This document shows, piece by piece, positions 48,453 to 57,553 of a stretch of DNA of 64,000 nucleotides. Position 1 is the stretch's first letter. Every line of letters begins with the position of its first letter. The notes beneath the pieces were generated by a model. That model worked only from the letters and a program-made list of their open reading frames with translations, was not told the origin of the DNA and did not search any database. A program made the position numbers and the translations under genes. The DNA is from Planctomycetota bacterium (GTDB lineage: Bacteria; Planctomycetota; UBA1135; UBA2386), in NCBI GenBank assembly GCA_965228735.1, contig OZ245838.1, positions 2,624,001 to 2,688,000 on the forward strand, written 5' to 3'.

Positions 48453-49591
48453 CCGCCGGCCTCGACCGTGACCCGGTCCACCACCTCGCGCCAGCGCGAG
48501 GCCACCCCGTCGACGGCGAAGTGGCGGTCGTACGTGGCCCGCGCCGCGGCGGTCGCGGCCTGCAGCGCGGCCGGATCGCGCGCGAGTTCCGTGAGCACGT
48601 TCGCGAGCGCTGTGGAATCCCCGGCCGGCGAAAGCGCGACGGCATCGCTGCCGTCGAGCCAGCCGCAGACCGCTGGCGTCTCCGCCGTGACGACGGGCCG
48701 GCCGGCCGCGAGCGCGATCACGACCTTCCACGGCACGACGCGCTGCGCTTTCGTGGTCGATCCGAAGATGCCCGCGACGACGTGCGCGCGCTCGAGCTGC
48801 TCCTGCAGCGCTTCACGCGCGAGGAACGCGGGCATGAGCTCGACGCGATCGCCGAGCCGCTGCCGCGCGAGCGCGCGGTCGCTGGCGGTGCCGCCGACGA
48901 GCGTGAGTGTGATCTCCGCCGTCTGCTCCACCGCCGCGATCAGGACGTCGAGCCCGTGCAGCGGGACCCCGGTGCCGAAGAACAGCACGCGCAGCGGTTC
49001 GCCCGCGACGCGCTCCGCTGGCGGCAACGGCTCGGAGGCCGCGCGCGGGTCGCTGAGCGGCAGCCAGGTGAAGCGCTCGGGCGGCAGGTCCGTGAGCTCC
49101 GCGACGTAGGCCGCGTTCTCCGGCGTGTCGACGAGCACGAGGTCGGCAGCGGCGCACGCCTGCCGGTCGAGCTCCTCCATCACCCAGGCGCCGATCGAGC
49201 CGGGCATGCAGAGCTGGCGATCCTCGACGACCGTGTCGTAGGCCGAGAGGAACAGGTCGAGCACGACCGGCACGGGCGAGTGCGCGCGCACGTCGGCGAC
49301 GATGTGATGCCCCGGATACGGCACGACGACGCACCGCGGGCGCTGCTCCTGCACCGCCGCCTGTAGCTTCTGCCGCAGTCGCCGGCGATCGAGAACGCCG
49401 CGCCACAGCGCGACCGGCCACAGCCAGGGCCGCAGGAGGATCCGCCGCTTGCTCGTGCCCTGGCCGGGCACGCGGCACTCACGAACGTCGAAGCCGGCGT
49501 GCTCGAGCCCCTGCCGCAACGCGTCCGTCCGCGGGTAGCCGTCGCCGTCGTCCCACGCCCCGCAGAACAGCACCGAGTCGTTCGCAGCCAC
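48449..49591 (-). CDS. glycosyltransferase family 4-like (GT-B)
   Basis: YPRT, VLFFGTGVPLHG, GIFGSTTKAQRVVPWKV...AAGRPVVT. Confidence 0.85.
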   Translation of the reverse strand: MAANDSVLFCGAWDDGDGYPRTDALRQGLEHAGFDVRECRVPGQGTSKRRILLRPWLWPVALWRGVLDRRRLRQKLQAAVQEQRPRCVVVPYPGHHIVADVRAHSPVPVVLDLFLSAYDTVVEDRQLCMPGSIGAWVMEELDRQACAAADLVLVDTPENAAYVAELTDLPPERFTWLPLSDPRAASEPLPPAERVAGEPLRVLFFGTGVPLHGLDVLIAAVEQTAEITLTLVGGTASDRALARQRLGDRVELMPAFLAREALQEQLERAHVVAGIFGSTTKAQRVVPWKVVIALAAGRPVVTAETPAVCGWLDGSDAVALSPAGDSTALANVLTELARDPAALQAATAAARATYDRHFAVDGVASRWREVVDRVTVEAGG

Positions 49592-49600
49592 CGTCGTTCC

Positions 49601-50632
49601 TCACTTCCCGTCGCGGGAGAGGTTCTGGAACCGCAGCGCCGCGATCTGCTCCGCGATGAGGCCGAGCGCGAACATCAGCGTCGCCTGCCCGAGCAGGGTC
49701 ACGGCCATGTTCGTGAACCGACCGGTCGTGAAGTAGGTGAACGCGTACCAGCCGATGCCGAGCACCGCGAACAGGAACGACGTCGGCAGGAAGACGCGCA
49801 GCGGCGCGAACATCGTCGCGATGCGCAGGATGATGAGGAAGAACCGGCTGCCGTCCGAGACCAGGCGGATGTGGCTCTTGCCCTGGCGCTCGCGCACGGT
49901 GAACGGGTGGAACGCCACGGACCACCCGCCGCGCAGCATCGACATCGTGATCGTCGTCGGGTAGCTGAACGTATTGGGCAGCAGGAACACGAGGCTCTTC
50001 GCGATGCTCGCGCGCACGAGCCGGTAACCGCTCGTGAGGTCGGGGATGTGCTTGCCCGATACGTAGCTCGCGAAGCGGCTGTAGATCTGGTTGGCGACGT
50101 TGCGATGGAACGCGCCGCCGCGGCCACCGCGCGACGCGACGACCATGTCGTGACCCCGTGCTGCCGCGATCATCGCGGGCAGTTCCTGTGGCGGATGCTG
50201 ACCGTCGCCGTCGAGCAGCAGGATCCACTCGCCCTTGGCCTCGCGGATGCCGCGCTTCACGGCCGCGCCGTTGCCGAGGCTCTGCGGATGCGTGATCGCC
50301 CGGGCGCCGCCGGCGCGCGCGATCGCGGGGGTCTTGTCCGTCGAGCCGTCGTCGATGACGAGCACCTCGCAGAACTCGAGGTCGACCCCGGCGAGCACCT
50401 CCTGGATCTCCGCGAGCAGGCCCGGCAGGTTGAGCTCCTCGTTGCGCGCCGGCATCACGATCGACAGGCTCGTGATGCGCTCGACGGGCACCGTGTCCGG
50501 CGGCTCCACGCCCGGCGCGGCCGGCGCGGCCTCGGCTTTCGGCAGTGGCAGTTCGCCCGCGGCCATGAGGCCGACGAGCGCGTTCTCCGCCTGCGAGACG
50601 GGGGACAGCAGGGCTTCCGGGTCGGCCGACAT
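49601..50632 (-). CDS. glycosyltransferase family 2 (polyprenol-phosphate sugar synthase, DPM1-like)
   Basis: IVMPARNEE, IDDGSTD, LDGDGQH, DLTSGYR; two C-terminal TMs. Confidence 0.9.
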   Translation of the reverse strand: MSADPEALLSPVSQAENALVGLMAAGELPLPKAEAAPAAPGVEPPDTVPVERITSLSIVMPARNEELNLPGLLAEIQEVLAGVDLEFCEVLVIDDGSTDKTPAIARAGGARAITHPQSLGNGAAVKRGIREAKGEWILLLDGDGQHPPQELPAMIAAARGHDMVVASRGGRGGAFHRNVANQIYSRFASYVSGKHIPDLTSGYRLVRASIAKSLVFLLPNTFSYPTTITMSMLRGGWSVAFHPFTVRERQGKSHIRLVSDGSRFFLIILRIATMFAPLRVFLPTSFLFAVLGIGWYAFTYFTTGRFTNMAVTLLGQATLMFALGLIAEQIAALRFQNLSRDGK

Positions 50633-50640
50633 CGCCCTTG

Positions 50641-50668
50641 CTATCGGCAGGACGGGTGGCCGCCATGA
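50641..50668 (-). promoter_or_regulatory. putative sigma28-like promoter (TCAT-N18-CGATAG)
   Basis: GCCGATAG on the minus strand, 8 nt before ATG 50632. Confidence 0.45.
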
Positions 50669-50736
50669 ACCGAAAGCCGCGTCGGTCGGGGTTCTCCCCG
50701 ACGCCCGGCCGGGGCCGCGGTCGCGGATGGCCGGCC

Positions 50737-51438
50737 CTACTGGACGACGACCCAGAGGTTGGTGTCGCGCCCGCGCGTGTTGCCGGCAGCGCGCGCGGTG
50801 AGCGAGCTGCTGCCCGTCGCAACGAACGCCGCATCGTAGGCCGGCGTGGGCGAAGCCCCGCTGTATTCGACGCCGTCACCGTTCGTCGACAGCACGTCAC
50901 CCGCCTGGTTGATGAAGAACGCGCGCAGCCCAGTGCTGCCGTGGACGACGGGCCACGCGTAGCAGCACCAGACGATCTCCGCGTCCTGCGGCGAGACCCC
51001 GTTGTCGTTGCCCGTGTCCCCGCCCGTCGCGTCCTCCGCGATTCCCGCCCCCGTCGCGGACGGCAGGTACATCTGGAACAGGTACCCGGACCGCGTCGCC
51101 CGCGAGTTCACCAGATTGCCGAACGACGCCGACAGGATCTGCGGCTCGACCCGCTGCGCGCTGCCGCGCACCGTCACCGCACCGGCGACCTCGCCGAGGT
51201 AGCCGTACTCGCCCGCGCCGTTGCCGTTCACGTCGATGATCCCCGACGCGTGACATTGCGCCTGCGCCGACGAGATGTTCTTGAGCGTCGAGATCGCCGC
51301 CGACTCGTTGGCGTGCAGCCGCGCGCTGACAAGGTTCGGCACCGCGATCGACGCGATGATCGCGATGATCGCGATGACGATCATCAGCTCGATGAGCGTG
51401 AACCCCCGGTCTCGGGCCCTTGGATCCTGGCTAACCAT
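50737..51438 (-). CDS. type IV pilin-like protein, second copy
   Basis: RG|FTLIELMIVIAIIAIIASIAVPNL class III signal. Confidence 0.9.
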   Translation of the reverse strand: MVSQDPRARDRGFTLIELMIVIAIIAIIASIAVPNLVSARLHANESAAISTLKNISSAQAQCHASGIIDVNGNGAGEYGYLGEVAGAVTVRGSAQRVEPQILSASFGNLVNSRATRSGYLFQMYLPSATGAGIAEDATGGDTGNDNGVSPQDAEIVWCCYAWPVVHGSTGLRAFFINQAGDVLSTNGDGVEYSGASPTPAYDAAFVATGSSSLTARAAGNTRGRDTNLWVVVQ

Positions 51439-51489
51439 GATGAAGCGGCATGCTCCCTTCTTCGGCATCGCTGCCCGCTCCATGAACGA

Positions 51490-51531
51490 GAGAACGCCCG
51501 CCGGCTCACATTGGAACCCGCGGGCGTTCTC
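51490..51531 (-). terminator. hairpin downstream of the first pilin (terminator or mRNA stabiliser)
   Basis: 12-bp arms GAGAACGCCCGC/GCGGGCGTTCTC; weak U tract; second small hairpin at about 51535-51552. Confidence 0.5.
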
Positions 51532-51570
51532 GGATCGGGCCCGAGGGCCCGACCAGCGATGTGACCAGTC

Positions 51571-52257
51571 TTACTGGACGACGACCCAGAAGTTGCCGTC
51601 GCGGGCCAGCGTGTTGCCGGCGATCTGCTCGCTCATCGAGTTGCTGCCGCCGTTGATGAAGGCCTCGCCGTACGCCGGGATCTCGTTGGTGCCGTCGTAG
51701 AGCGTGCTCGCGCCGTTCGTCGCGAGGACGTCACCGCCCTGGTTGATGAAGAACGTGCGCTTGCCCGAGTTGCCGGCAACGCTCGGCCAGGCGTAGCAGC
51801 ACCACATGGTCTCGGCCGACGGCGCGTCGACGCCGTTGTCGTTGGCCGTGTCGCCACCGGTCGCGTCTTCCGCGACACCGGCGCTGGTGTTCGACGGCAG
51901 GTAGAGCTGGAAGAGGTAGCCCGAACGCGTGACGCGCGAGGCCGTGACGTTACCGAACGCCGACGACAGGACCGGCGGCTGGATGTTCAGCGTGCTGCCG
52001 CGCACGGCAACCGCGCCGGACAGCTCGCCGAAGAAGCCGTACTCGCCCTGGCCGTTCGTGTTGGTGTCGATGATGCCGGACGCCTGGCACTGCGCCTGGG
52101 CCGACGAGATGTTCTTGAGCGTCGCGATCGCGGCCGACTCGTTCGCGTTCAGACGCGCACTGAGAAGGTTCGGAATCGCGATCGACGCGATGATGGCGAT
52201 GATCGCAACGACGATCATCAGCTCGATGAGTGTGAAGCCCTGTTCCCGCTTGGACAT
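51571..52257 (-). CDS. type IV pilin, probable major subunit
   Basis: Short leader MSKREQG|FTLIELMIVVAIIAIIASIAIPNL; GGAG RBS; downstream of pilTBC. Confidence 0.92.
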   Translation of the reverse strand: MSKREQGFTLIELMIVVAIIAIIASIAIPNLLSARLNANESAAIATLKNISSAQAQCQASGIIDTNTNGQGEYGFFGELSGAVAVRGSTLNIQPPVLSSAFGNVTASRVTRSGYLFQLYLPSNTSAGVAEDATGGDTANDNGVDAPSAETMWCCYAWPSVAGNSGKRTFFINQGGDVLATNGASTLYDGTNEIPAYGEAFINGGSNSMSEQIAGNTLARDGNFWVVVQ

Positions 52258-52347
52258 AGTTTTCTCCCTAGCAACCTTGTTTCTGCGAACGACCCCCGTG
52301 GCCGTCCTCGTGTTTCCCCTATGTGTGACTCTTCCTTCCGCACACCC

Positions 52348-53229
52348 TCAGCGCCCCATCGGGGCCGCCGAGGCAGGTTGGATGAGTTCCATGAATCGAA
52401 CGTCTGACGAGAGCGCCTGCCAGGTGTCCCGTTCTTCCCGAACGAGACGCCGAGTGTCGGCAGGCGCCGCGGCAACCGCGCGCTTCAGGCACTCGATTGC
52501 GGTATCGGTCTGGTCCTGCCGGAACTTGAGGCGTGCAAGGTAGTAATCGGCGATGGGCGCGCGCTCGCGCGCCTGCTCGAACGCCTGCGCCGCGGTCTGC
52601 AGATCACCGAGCTCTTCGTACTCGATGCCCGCTTGCACCCATGCCACGGGTTCGACCGCCGCGTCCTCGACGACCTCGCCGAGCAGCGCGCGGGCCTCGT
52701 CGCGGCGATCGAGTTCGCGCAACGTCGCCGCCTGCTCGATGCGGCGCTGGGCCCCGAAACGAGAATCCAGCTCGACCTTGTGGCGCTCGAACACCGCGAC
52801 CGCGGCCTCGCCCTGCCCGGCTTCGCGCAACATGCGCGCCTGGTTGAACGCCAGCACGTCGCGCTGCTCGTCGCCGCAGTCCTCGCAGTCGCGAGCCTTG
52901 CCGTAGCACGCCGCCGCATCACCGAACTCGCCCTGCAGCATGTGGGCGAACCCGCGAAACTCGGAAGTGATCGCCATGCCCGGCGTGCTCTTCTCGACGC
53001 GGTCGAGGAGCACGATGGCCTCGGTGACCATCTGCTCGCGATTCGACAGTCGCTCGCCCTGCTTGTCGAACTCCGGGATCCCGTAGGCCAGCCGCAGCTG
53101 CACGTCGGCGCTGCTCAGCAGCGTCATCGCGTCGGCCTCGGCTTCGTAGGTCATGACGACGGCGCCCAGGCCGCCGAGCAGAACCACCGCGCCGCCGTAG
53201 AGCAGCGCCCGTCTCGTGTTCTCGTTCAT
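52348..53229 (-). CDS. membrane-anchored TPR protein
   Basis: N-terminal TM and several TPR-like repeats; start at MNENTRR. Confidence 0.8.
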   Translation of the reverse strand: MNENTRRALLYGGAVVLLGGLGAVVMTYEAEADAMTLLSSADVQLRLAYGIPEFDKQGERLSNREQMVTEAIVLLDRVEKSTPGMAITSEFRGFAHMLQGEFGDAAACYGKARDCEDCGDEQRDVLAFNQARMLREAGQGEAAVAVFERHKVELDSRFGAQRRIEQAATLRELDRRDEARALLGEVVEDAAVEPVAWVQAGIEYEELGDLQTAAQAFEQARERAPIADYYLARLKFRQDQTDTAIECLKRAVAAAPADTRRLVREERDTWQALSSDVRFMELIQPASAAPMGR

Positions 53230-53298
53230 ATCCCCTCTTCGCCGGGGCGCGCCGCTGCCGGCGTGCCCCTGTCCCCGCATGTTCGTGATCTCGCCGGC

Positions 53299-54531
53299 CT
53301 AGCCGCCCGACAGCTGCTCCTGCAGCTTGAAGATCGGCAGGAAGACCGCGAGCACGATGCCGCCCACGATGACGCCCATGATGGCGATCATGATCGGCTC
53401 GATCATCGAGGTGAGGCCCTTGACCTCGGCCTCGACCTGCTGGTCGTAGAACTCGGCGATCTTCTCGAGCAGCGCGTCGAGCGCGCCGGCCCGCTCACCG
53501 ATGGCCATCATCTTGGTGACCATCGGCGGGAAGATCGTGGACTTGGTGAACGGCTCGCTCAGGCTCTCACCGTTCTTCACGCTCTCCTTCGCCTGGTCGA
53601 CGATATTGCTGATCACCAGGTTGCCGGCGGTATCCGACACGATCTCCATCGCGCCGAGGATCGGCACACCGCTCTTCACGAGCGTCGAGAACGTGCGGGC
53701 GAAGCGCGACAGCGCGACCTTCTTGAACAGCACGCCGAACACCGGCAGCCGCAGCATGATGTGGTCCTTGATGAGCGCACCGCGCGGCGTCTTCGCGAAC
53801 GCCTTCCACCCGACCCCGAGCGCGAACGCGCCGCCGAAGATCAGGTACCAGTAGTCGCGCATGAAGAACGCGATGTCCATGATGAAGATCGTCAGCCCCG
53901 GCAGCTCGACCCCGAGGGAGTCGAACACCGGCTTGAACGACGGCACGATGCCGATCATCAGGAACGAGGCGATGCCGATGACGAGGAACAGCGAGATGAC
54001 CGGGTAGGTCATCGCCGACTTGATCTCGTTGCGCAGGTGGGCCGCGGCCTCGAGGTACTCCGCGAGACGGACGAGGATCACGTCGATCTGGCCGGAGACC
54101 TCACCGGCCCGGATCATGCTGACGTAGATGTGCGAGAAGACCTTCTTGTGCGCCTCGAGCGCCTTGCTGAGATCCGCACCAGAACGGATGTCATCGACGA
54201 CCTTGTCGAGACAGAACCGGAAGCCCGCCGACTCGGCCTGATCCGCGAGGATCTCGAGCGCCTCGAGCATCGGGATACCCGCACCGAGCATCGTCGCGAG
54301 CTGGCGCGTGAAGACCTCGAGCTCGCCCTTCTTGACGGAGCTCTTCGTCGCGGTCTTGTTGTTCGCCTTCGCCCAGAACTCGGCGAAGCCGCCGGCCTTC
54401 GTGACGCCCATCGGCGTCAGGTTGCGGCGCCGCAGGTCGTTGATGACGTCGGCCTGCGACTTCGCGGAGACCGACCCCTTGACGGTCTTGCCAGAAGCGT
54501 CGCGCGCCTCGAACTTGAACTTGGTTGCCAT
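53299..54531 (-). CDS. pilC: type IV pilus platform protein PilC (T2SS F family)
   Basis: FTRQLATML, AGEVSG, AMTYP, IGERAG, MIEP. Confidence 0.93.
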   Translation of the reverse strand: MATKFKFEARDASGKTVKGSVSAKSQADVINDLRRRNLTPMGVTKAGGFAEFWAKANNKTATKSSVKKGELEVFTRQLATMLGAGIPMLEALEILADQAESAGFRFCLDKVVDDIRSGADLSKALEAHKKVFSHIYVSMIRAGEVSGQIDVILVRLAEYLEAAAHLRNEIKSAMTYPVISLFLVIGIASFLMIGIVPSFKPVFDSLGVELPGLTIFIMDIAFFMRDYWYLIFGGAFALGVGWKAFAKTPRGALIKDHIMLRLPVFGVLFKKVALSRFARTFSTLVKSGVPILGAMEIVSDTAGNLVISNIVDQAKESVKNGESLSEPFTKSTIFPPMVTKMMAIGERAGALDALLEKIAEFYDQQVEAEVKGLTSMIEPIMIAIMGVIVGGIVLAVFLPIFKLQEQLSGG

Positions 54532-54554
54532 GCGTTGCGTTCCCCTGCCGCAGC

Positions 54555-56270
54555 TCAGTCGGCCATCGTCACCGATTCGACTTCTTGAAGACTGGTCTTG
54601 CCGCGCGCCGCGTTGAGCAGGCCACAACGCCGCAGCGTGAGCATGCCCTCCGACAGCGCGAGCTTCTTGACGTCGGCGATGTGCGCACCGTCGACGACCA
54701 TGCGCTTCACGCCTTCACTCATCCGCATCGTCTCGAGGAGCGCGAAGCGGCCCTTGTAGCCCTGGTTGCAGCGCGGACAGCCGACGGGCTCGTAGATCTC
54801 CATCTCCGGGATCCCGCCGTCGAGATCCTCGTCCGTGTAGCCGAGCCGCTTCAGCGCTTCCGGCTTGAGCTCGACCCGCTTCTTGCAGTTGGGACAGAGC
54901 TTGCGGCCGAGACGCTGCGCACAGATCAGGAGCGCCGCGCTCGAGACCATGAACGGATCCATCCCCATGTCGACCATACGAGTGATGGTCGACGGCGCGT
55001 CGTTCGTGTGGAGCGTGCTCAACACGAGGTGGCCCGTGAGCGCGGCCTTGACGCCGATCTCGAGGGTCTCGTGGTCACGAATCTCACCGATCAGGACGAC
55101 GTCCGGGTCCTGACGCAGGATCGAGCGCAGCGCCGCGGCGAACGTCATGCCCGCCTTCGGGTTGACGGGCACCTGGTTGATCCCCTCGAGCTGGTATTCG
55201 ACCGGGTCCTCGACCGTGACGAGGTTGATGTCCGGCTGCGCGATGCTCTGCACCGCGGAGTACAGCGTCGTCGACTTACCAGAACCCGTCGGGCCGGTGA
55301 CGAGGATCATGCCGTAGGGCTGCGCGCAGGCCCACTTGTAGTCCTCCATCGACTTGCTCTCGAAGCCGAGCGACTCGATGTCCAGCGCGAGGTTGCTGCT
55401 GTCGAGAATACGGAAGACGGTCTTCTCGCCCCAGACGACCGGCAGGATCGACACGCGGAAGTCGATCGCCTTGCGACCGATCTTCATCTGGAACTTGCCG
55501 TCCTGCGGGATGCGACGCTCGGCGATGTCGAGCTTCGCCATGATCTTGATGCGCGAGGTGATCGTGTTCTGCATCCGCTTCGGCAGCTGCATCGCTTCGT
55601 AGAGCGCGCCGTCCTTGCGGTAGCGGATGATGACCTTCTTCTCGAACGGCTCGATGTGGATATCGCTCGCGCCCGTGTTGCAGCCGTCGAGGATGATCTT
55701 GTTCACGAGCTTGACGACCGGCGCGTCCTCGTCGCTGATCGACGACAGGTCGGTCGTGTCGTCCTCGATCTTGGACTCCTGCAGCTCGACGTCCTCGCCG
55801 TCGAACGTGCCGAGGATGCCGTCGACCGACTCGCTCTCCTTCTGATAACCGCGTTCGATCGCCTTCTCGATCTCCTCCGCGGTGCTCGCAACCGTGCGGA
55901 GCTGACAGCCGGTGATGATCCGGATGTCGTCGAGCTTGAGAACGTCGAACGGGTTGGCGACCGCGACCGTGAGGATCGAGCCGATGCGGTCGATCGGGAA
56001 GATGCCGTACTCGGTGGCCGTCTCCTCGGGCACCGACTCGAGCACTTCCTTGTTGACCGCGAGCTTGTTCAGATCGATCGGCGGGATGTTCGCCGCGCGC
56101 GCGAGCATCCCCGTGAGCTCGGAGGCCGACGCGATGCCCTTCTTGACGAGGATCTCGGTGAAGGGCCGGCCCTGGCTCTTGGCCTCGGCCAGCGCCTCGT
56201 CGGCGACCTCGACCTCGACCTTGCCGGCCTTCTCGAGGAGCTGCTTGAGTTTCTTGGCGAGCTGCGACAT
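54555..56270 (-). CDS. pilB: type IV pilus extension ATPase PilB
   Basis: ASDIHIEP, GPTGSGKST, LRQDPD, HTND, CPNC...CPRC zinc motif. Confidence 0.93.
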   Translation of the reverse strand: MSQLAKKLKQLLEKAGKVEVEVADEALAEAKSQGRPFTEILVKKGIASASELTGMLARAANIPPIDLNKLAVNKEVLESVPEETATEYGIFPIDRIGSILTVAVANPFDVLKLDDIRIITGCQLRTVASTAEEIEKAIERGYQKESESVDGILGTFDGEDVELQESKIEDDTTDLSSISDEDAPVVKLVNKIILDGCNTGASDIHIEPFEKKVIIRYRKDGALYEAMQLPKRMQNTITSRIKIMAKLDIAERRIPQDGKFQMKIGRKAIDFRVSILPVVWGEKTVFRILDSSNLALDIESLGFESKSMEDYKWACAQPYGMILVTGPTGSGKSTTLYSAVQSIAQPDINLVTVEDPVEYQLEGINQVPVNPKAGMTFAAALRSILRQDPDVVLIGEIRDHETLEIGVKAALTGHLVLSTLHTNDAPSTITRMVDMGMDPFMVSSAALLICAQRLGRKLCPNCKKRVELKPEALKRLGYTDEDLDGGIPEMEIYEPVGCPRCNQGYKGRFALLETMRMSEGVKRMVVDGAHIADVKKLALSEGMLTLRRCGLLNAARGKTSLQEVESVTMAD

Positions 56271-56276
56271 CGGGTG

Positions 56277-57368
56277 TTACCGCCTGCGGCTCCCACCACC
56301 GCTACCGGCGCGCTCCATGAGGCGTTGGAAGTCCGCGGGATCGCTGCTCCGCTCCAGCGCGTCCTCGTAGCTGACGGTGCCGGCGCGGTAGAGGTCGAAG
56401 AGCGACTGGTTCATCGTTCGCATGCCCGACTGCCCGCCGGTCTGGACCGACGACATGATCTGGTGCGCCTTGTTGTCGCGGATCATCGCGCGGATGGCGG
56501 GCGTCACGATCATGACCTCGGCAGCCAGCGCGCGGCCCTTGCCGTGCGTCCGCGGCACGAGCTGCTGGCAGACGACCGCCTGCAGCGTGAACGACAGCAT
56601 CGTGCGGATCTGCTGCTGCTGGTGCGCCGGGAAAACGTCGACGATGCGGTTGACGGTCTGCTGCACGTCGGACGTATGGAGGGTCGCGAACGTGAGGTGG
56701 CCGGTCTCGGCGAGCGTCAGCGCCGCTTCGATCGTCTCGAGGTCGCGCATCTCGCCGATGAGCACGACGTCGGGATCCTGACGCAGCACGGACTTCAGAG
56801 CGTTCTCGAAGCCGTGCGTGTCGCCGCCGACCTCGCGCTGGTTCACGAGACAACCCTTGTTCCCGTGCAGGAACTCGATCGGGTCCTCGATCGTGATGAT
56901 GTGACCCTGGCGTTGCTCGTTGATGTGGTTGACGATCGACGCGAGCGTCGTCGACTTACCAGAACCCGTCGCCCCGGTGCACAGCACCAGGCCGCGTGGC
57001 AGGTTGCAGATCCACTCGCAGACCTTGGTCGGTAGCCCGATGGTCGTGAAGTCGAAGACCTCGTACGGAATCACGCGCAGCACGGCCGCGACGGTGCCGC
57101 GCTGCAGGAACACGTTCGTTCGAAAGCGCCCGAGGTTCGTGACGCCGAACGAGAAGTCGATCTCGAGGTTCTTCTCGAACTTGGCGATCTGGTCCGGACC
57201 GATGACGGAGTAGATCAGCTTCTTCGCCGCCTCCGGCGAGAGCGCTTCGTACTCGCTGTCGACGAGCTTGCCGTCGACGCGGATCCGAGGAGGAGTGCCG
57301 ACCGAAAGGTGCAGGTCGGATCCACCGCGCTGAACCATCAGGTTCAGCAGTTCTTCCATCGAGACCAT
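56277..57368 (-). CDS. pilT: type IV pilus retraction ATPase PilT
   Basis: SDLHL, GATGSGKST, LRQDPD, AETGH, AIRAMIRD. Confidence 0.95.
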   Translation of the reverse strand: MVSMEELLNLMVQRGGSDLHLSVGTPPRIRVDGKLVDSEYEALSPEAAKKLIYSVIGPDQIAKFEKNLEIDFSFGVTNLGRFRTNVFLQRGTVAAVLRVIPYEVFDFTTIGLPTKVCEWICNLPRGLVLCTGATGSGKSTTLASIVNHINEQRQGHIITIEDPIEFLHGNKGCLVNQREVGGDTHGFENALKSVLRQDPDVVLIGEMRDLETIEAALTLAETGHLTFATLHTSDVQQTVNRIVDVFPAHQQQQIRTMLSFTLQAVVCQQLVPRTHGKGRALAAEVMIVTPAIRAMIRDNKAHQIMSSVQTGGQSGMRTMNQSLFDLYRAGTVSYEDALERSSDPADFQRLMERAGSGGGSRRR

Positions 57369-57413
57369 CTGGGGGCTCCTTGCTCCGGCCGATCCCTATG
57401 ATCGGCCCTGCCC

Positions 57414-57442
57414 CTATCGGTCTCGGGCGGCGGCGAGGTTGA
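57414..57442 (-). promoter_or_regulatory. putative sigma28-like promoter (TCAA-N19-CGATAG) of the pil operon
   Basis: Followed by an 8-bp leader hairpin at 57387-57407 and an AAGGAG RBS. Confidence 0.45.
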
Positions 57443-57553
57443 GCGCCGCCGCCGGGAAGGGGCAGATCGCGGGCCTGCCGACCCGGAGGATGCCGGCCGC
57501 GGGGCCGGCCGCGCGCGCGTCTCCGTATGAGACGCGGCGCTGCGGGAACTCCC

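Noticed and set aside
52356..52382. Sixth sigma28-like promoter upstream of the major pilin (TCCA-N17-CGATGG)
   Set aside because: Both elements mismatch the motif and it lies inside the upstream CDS; too weak to call
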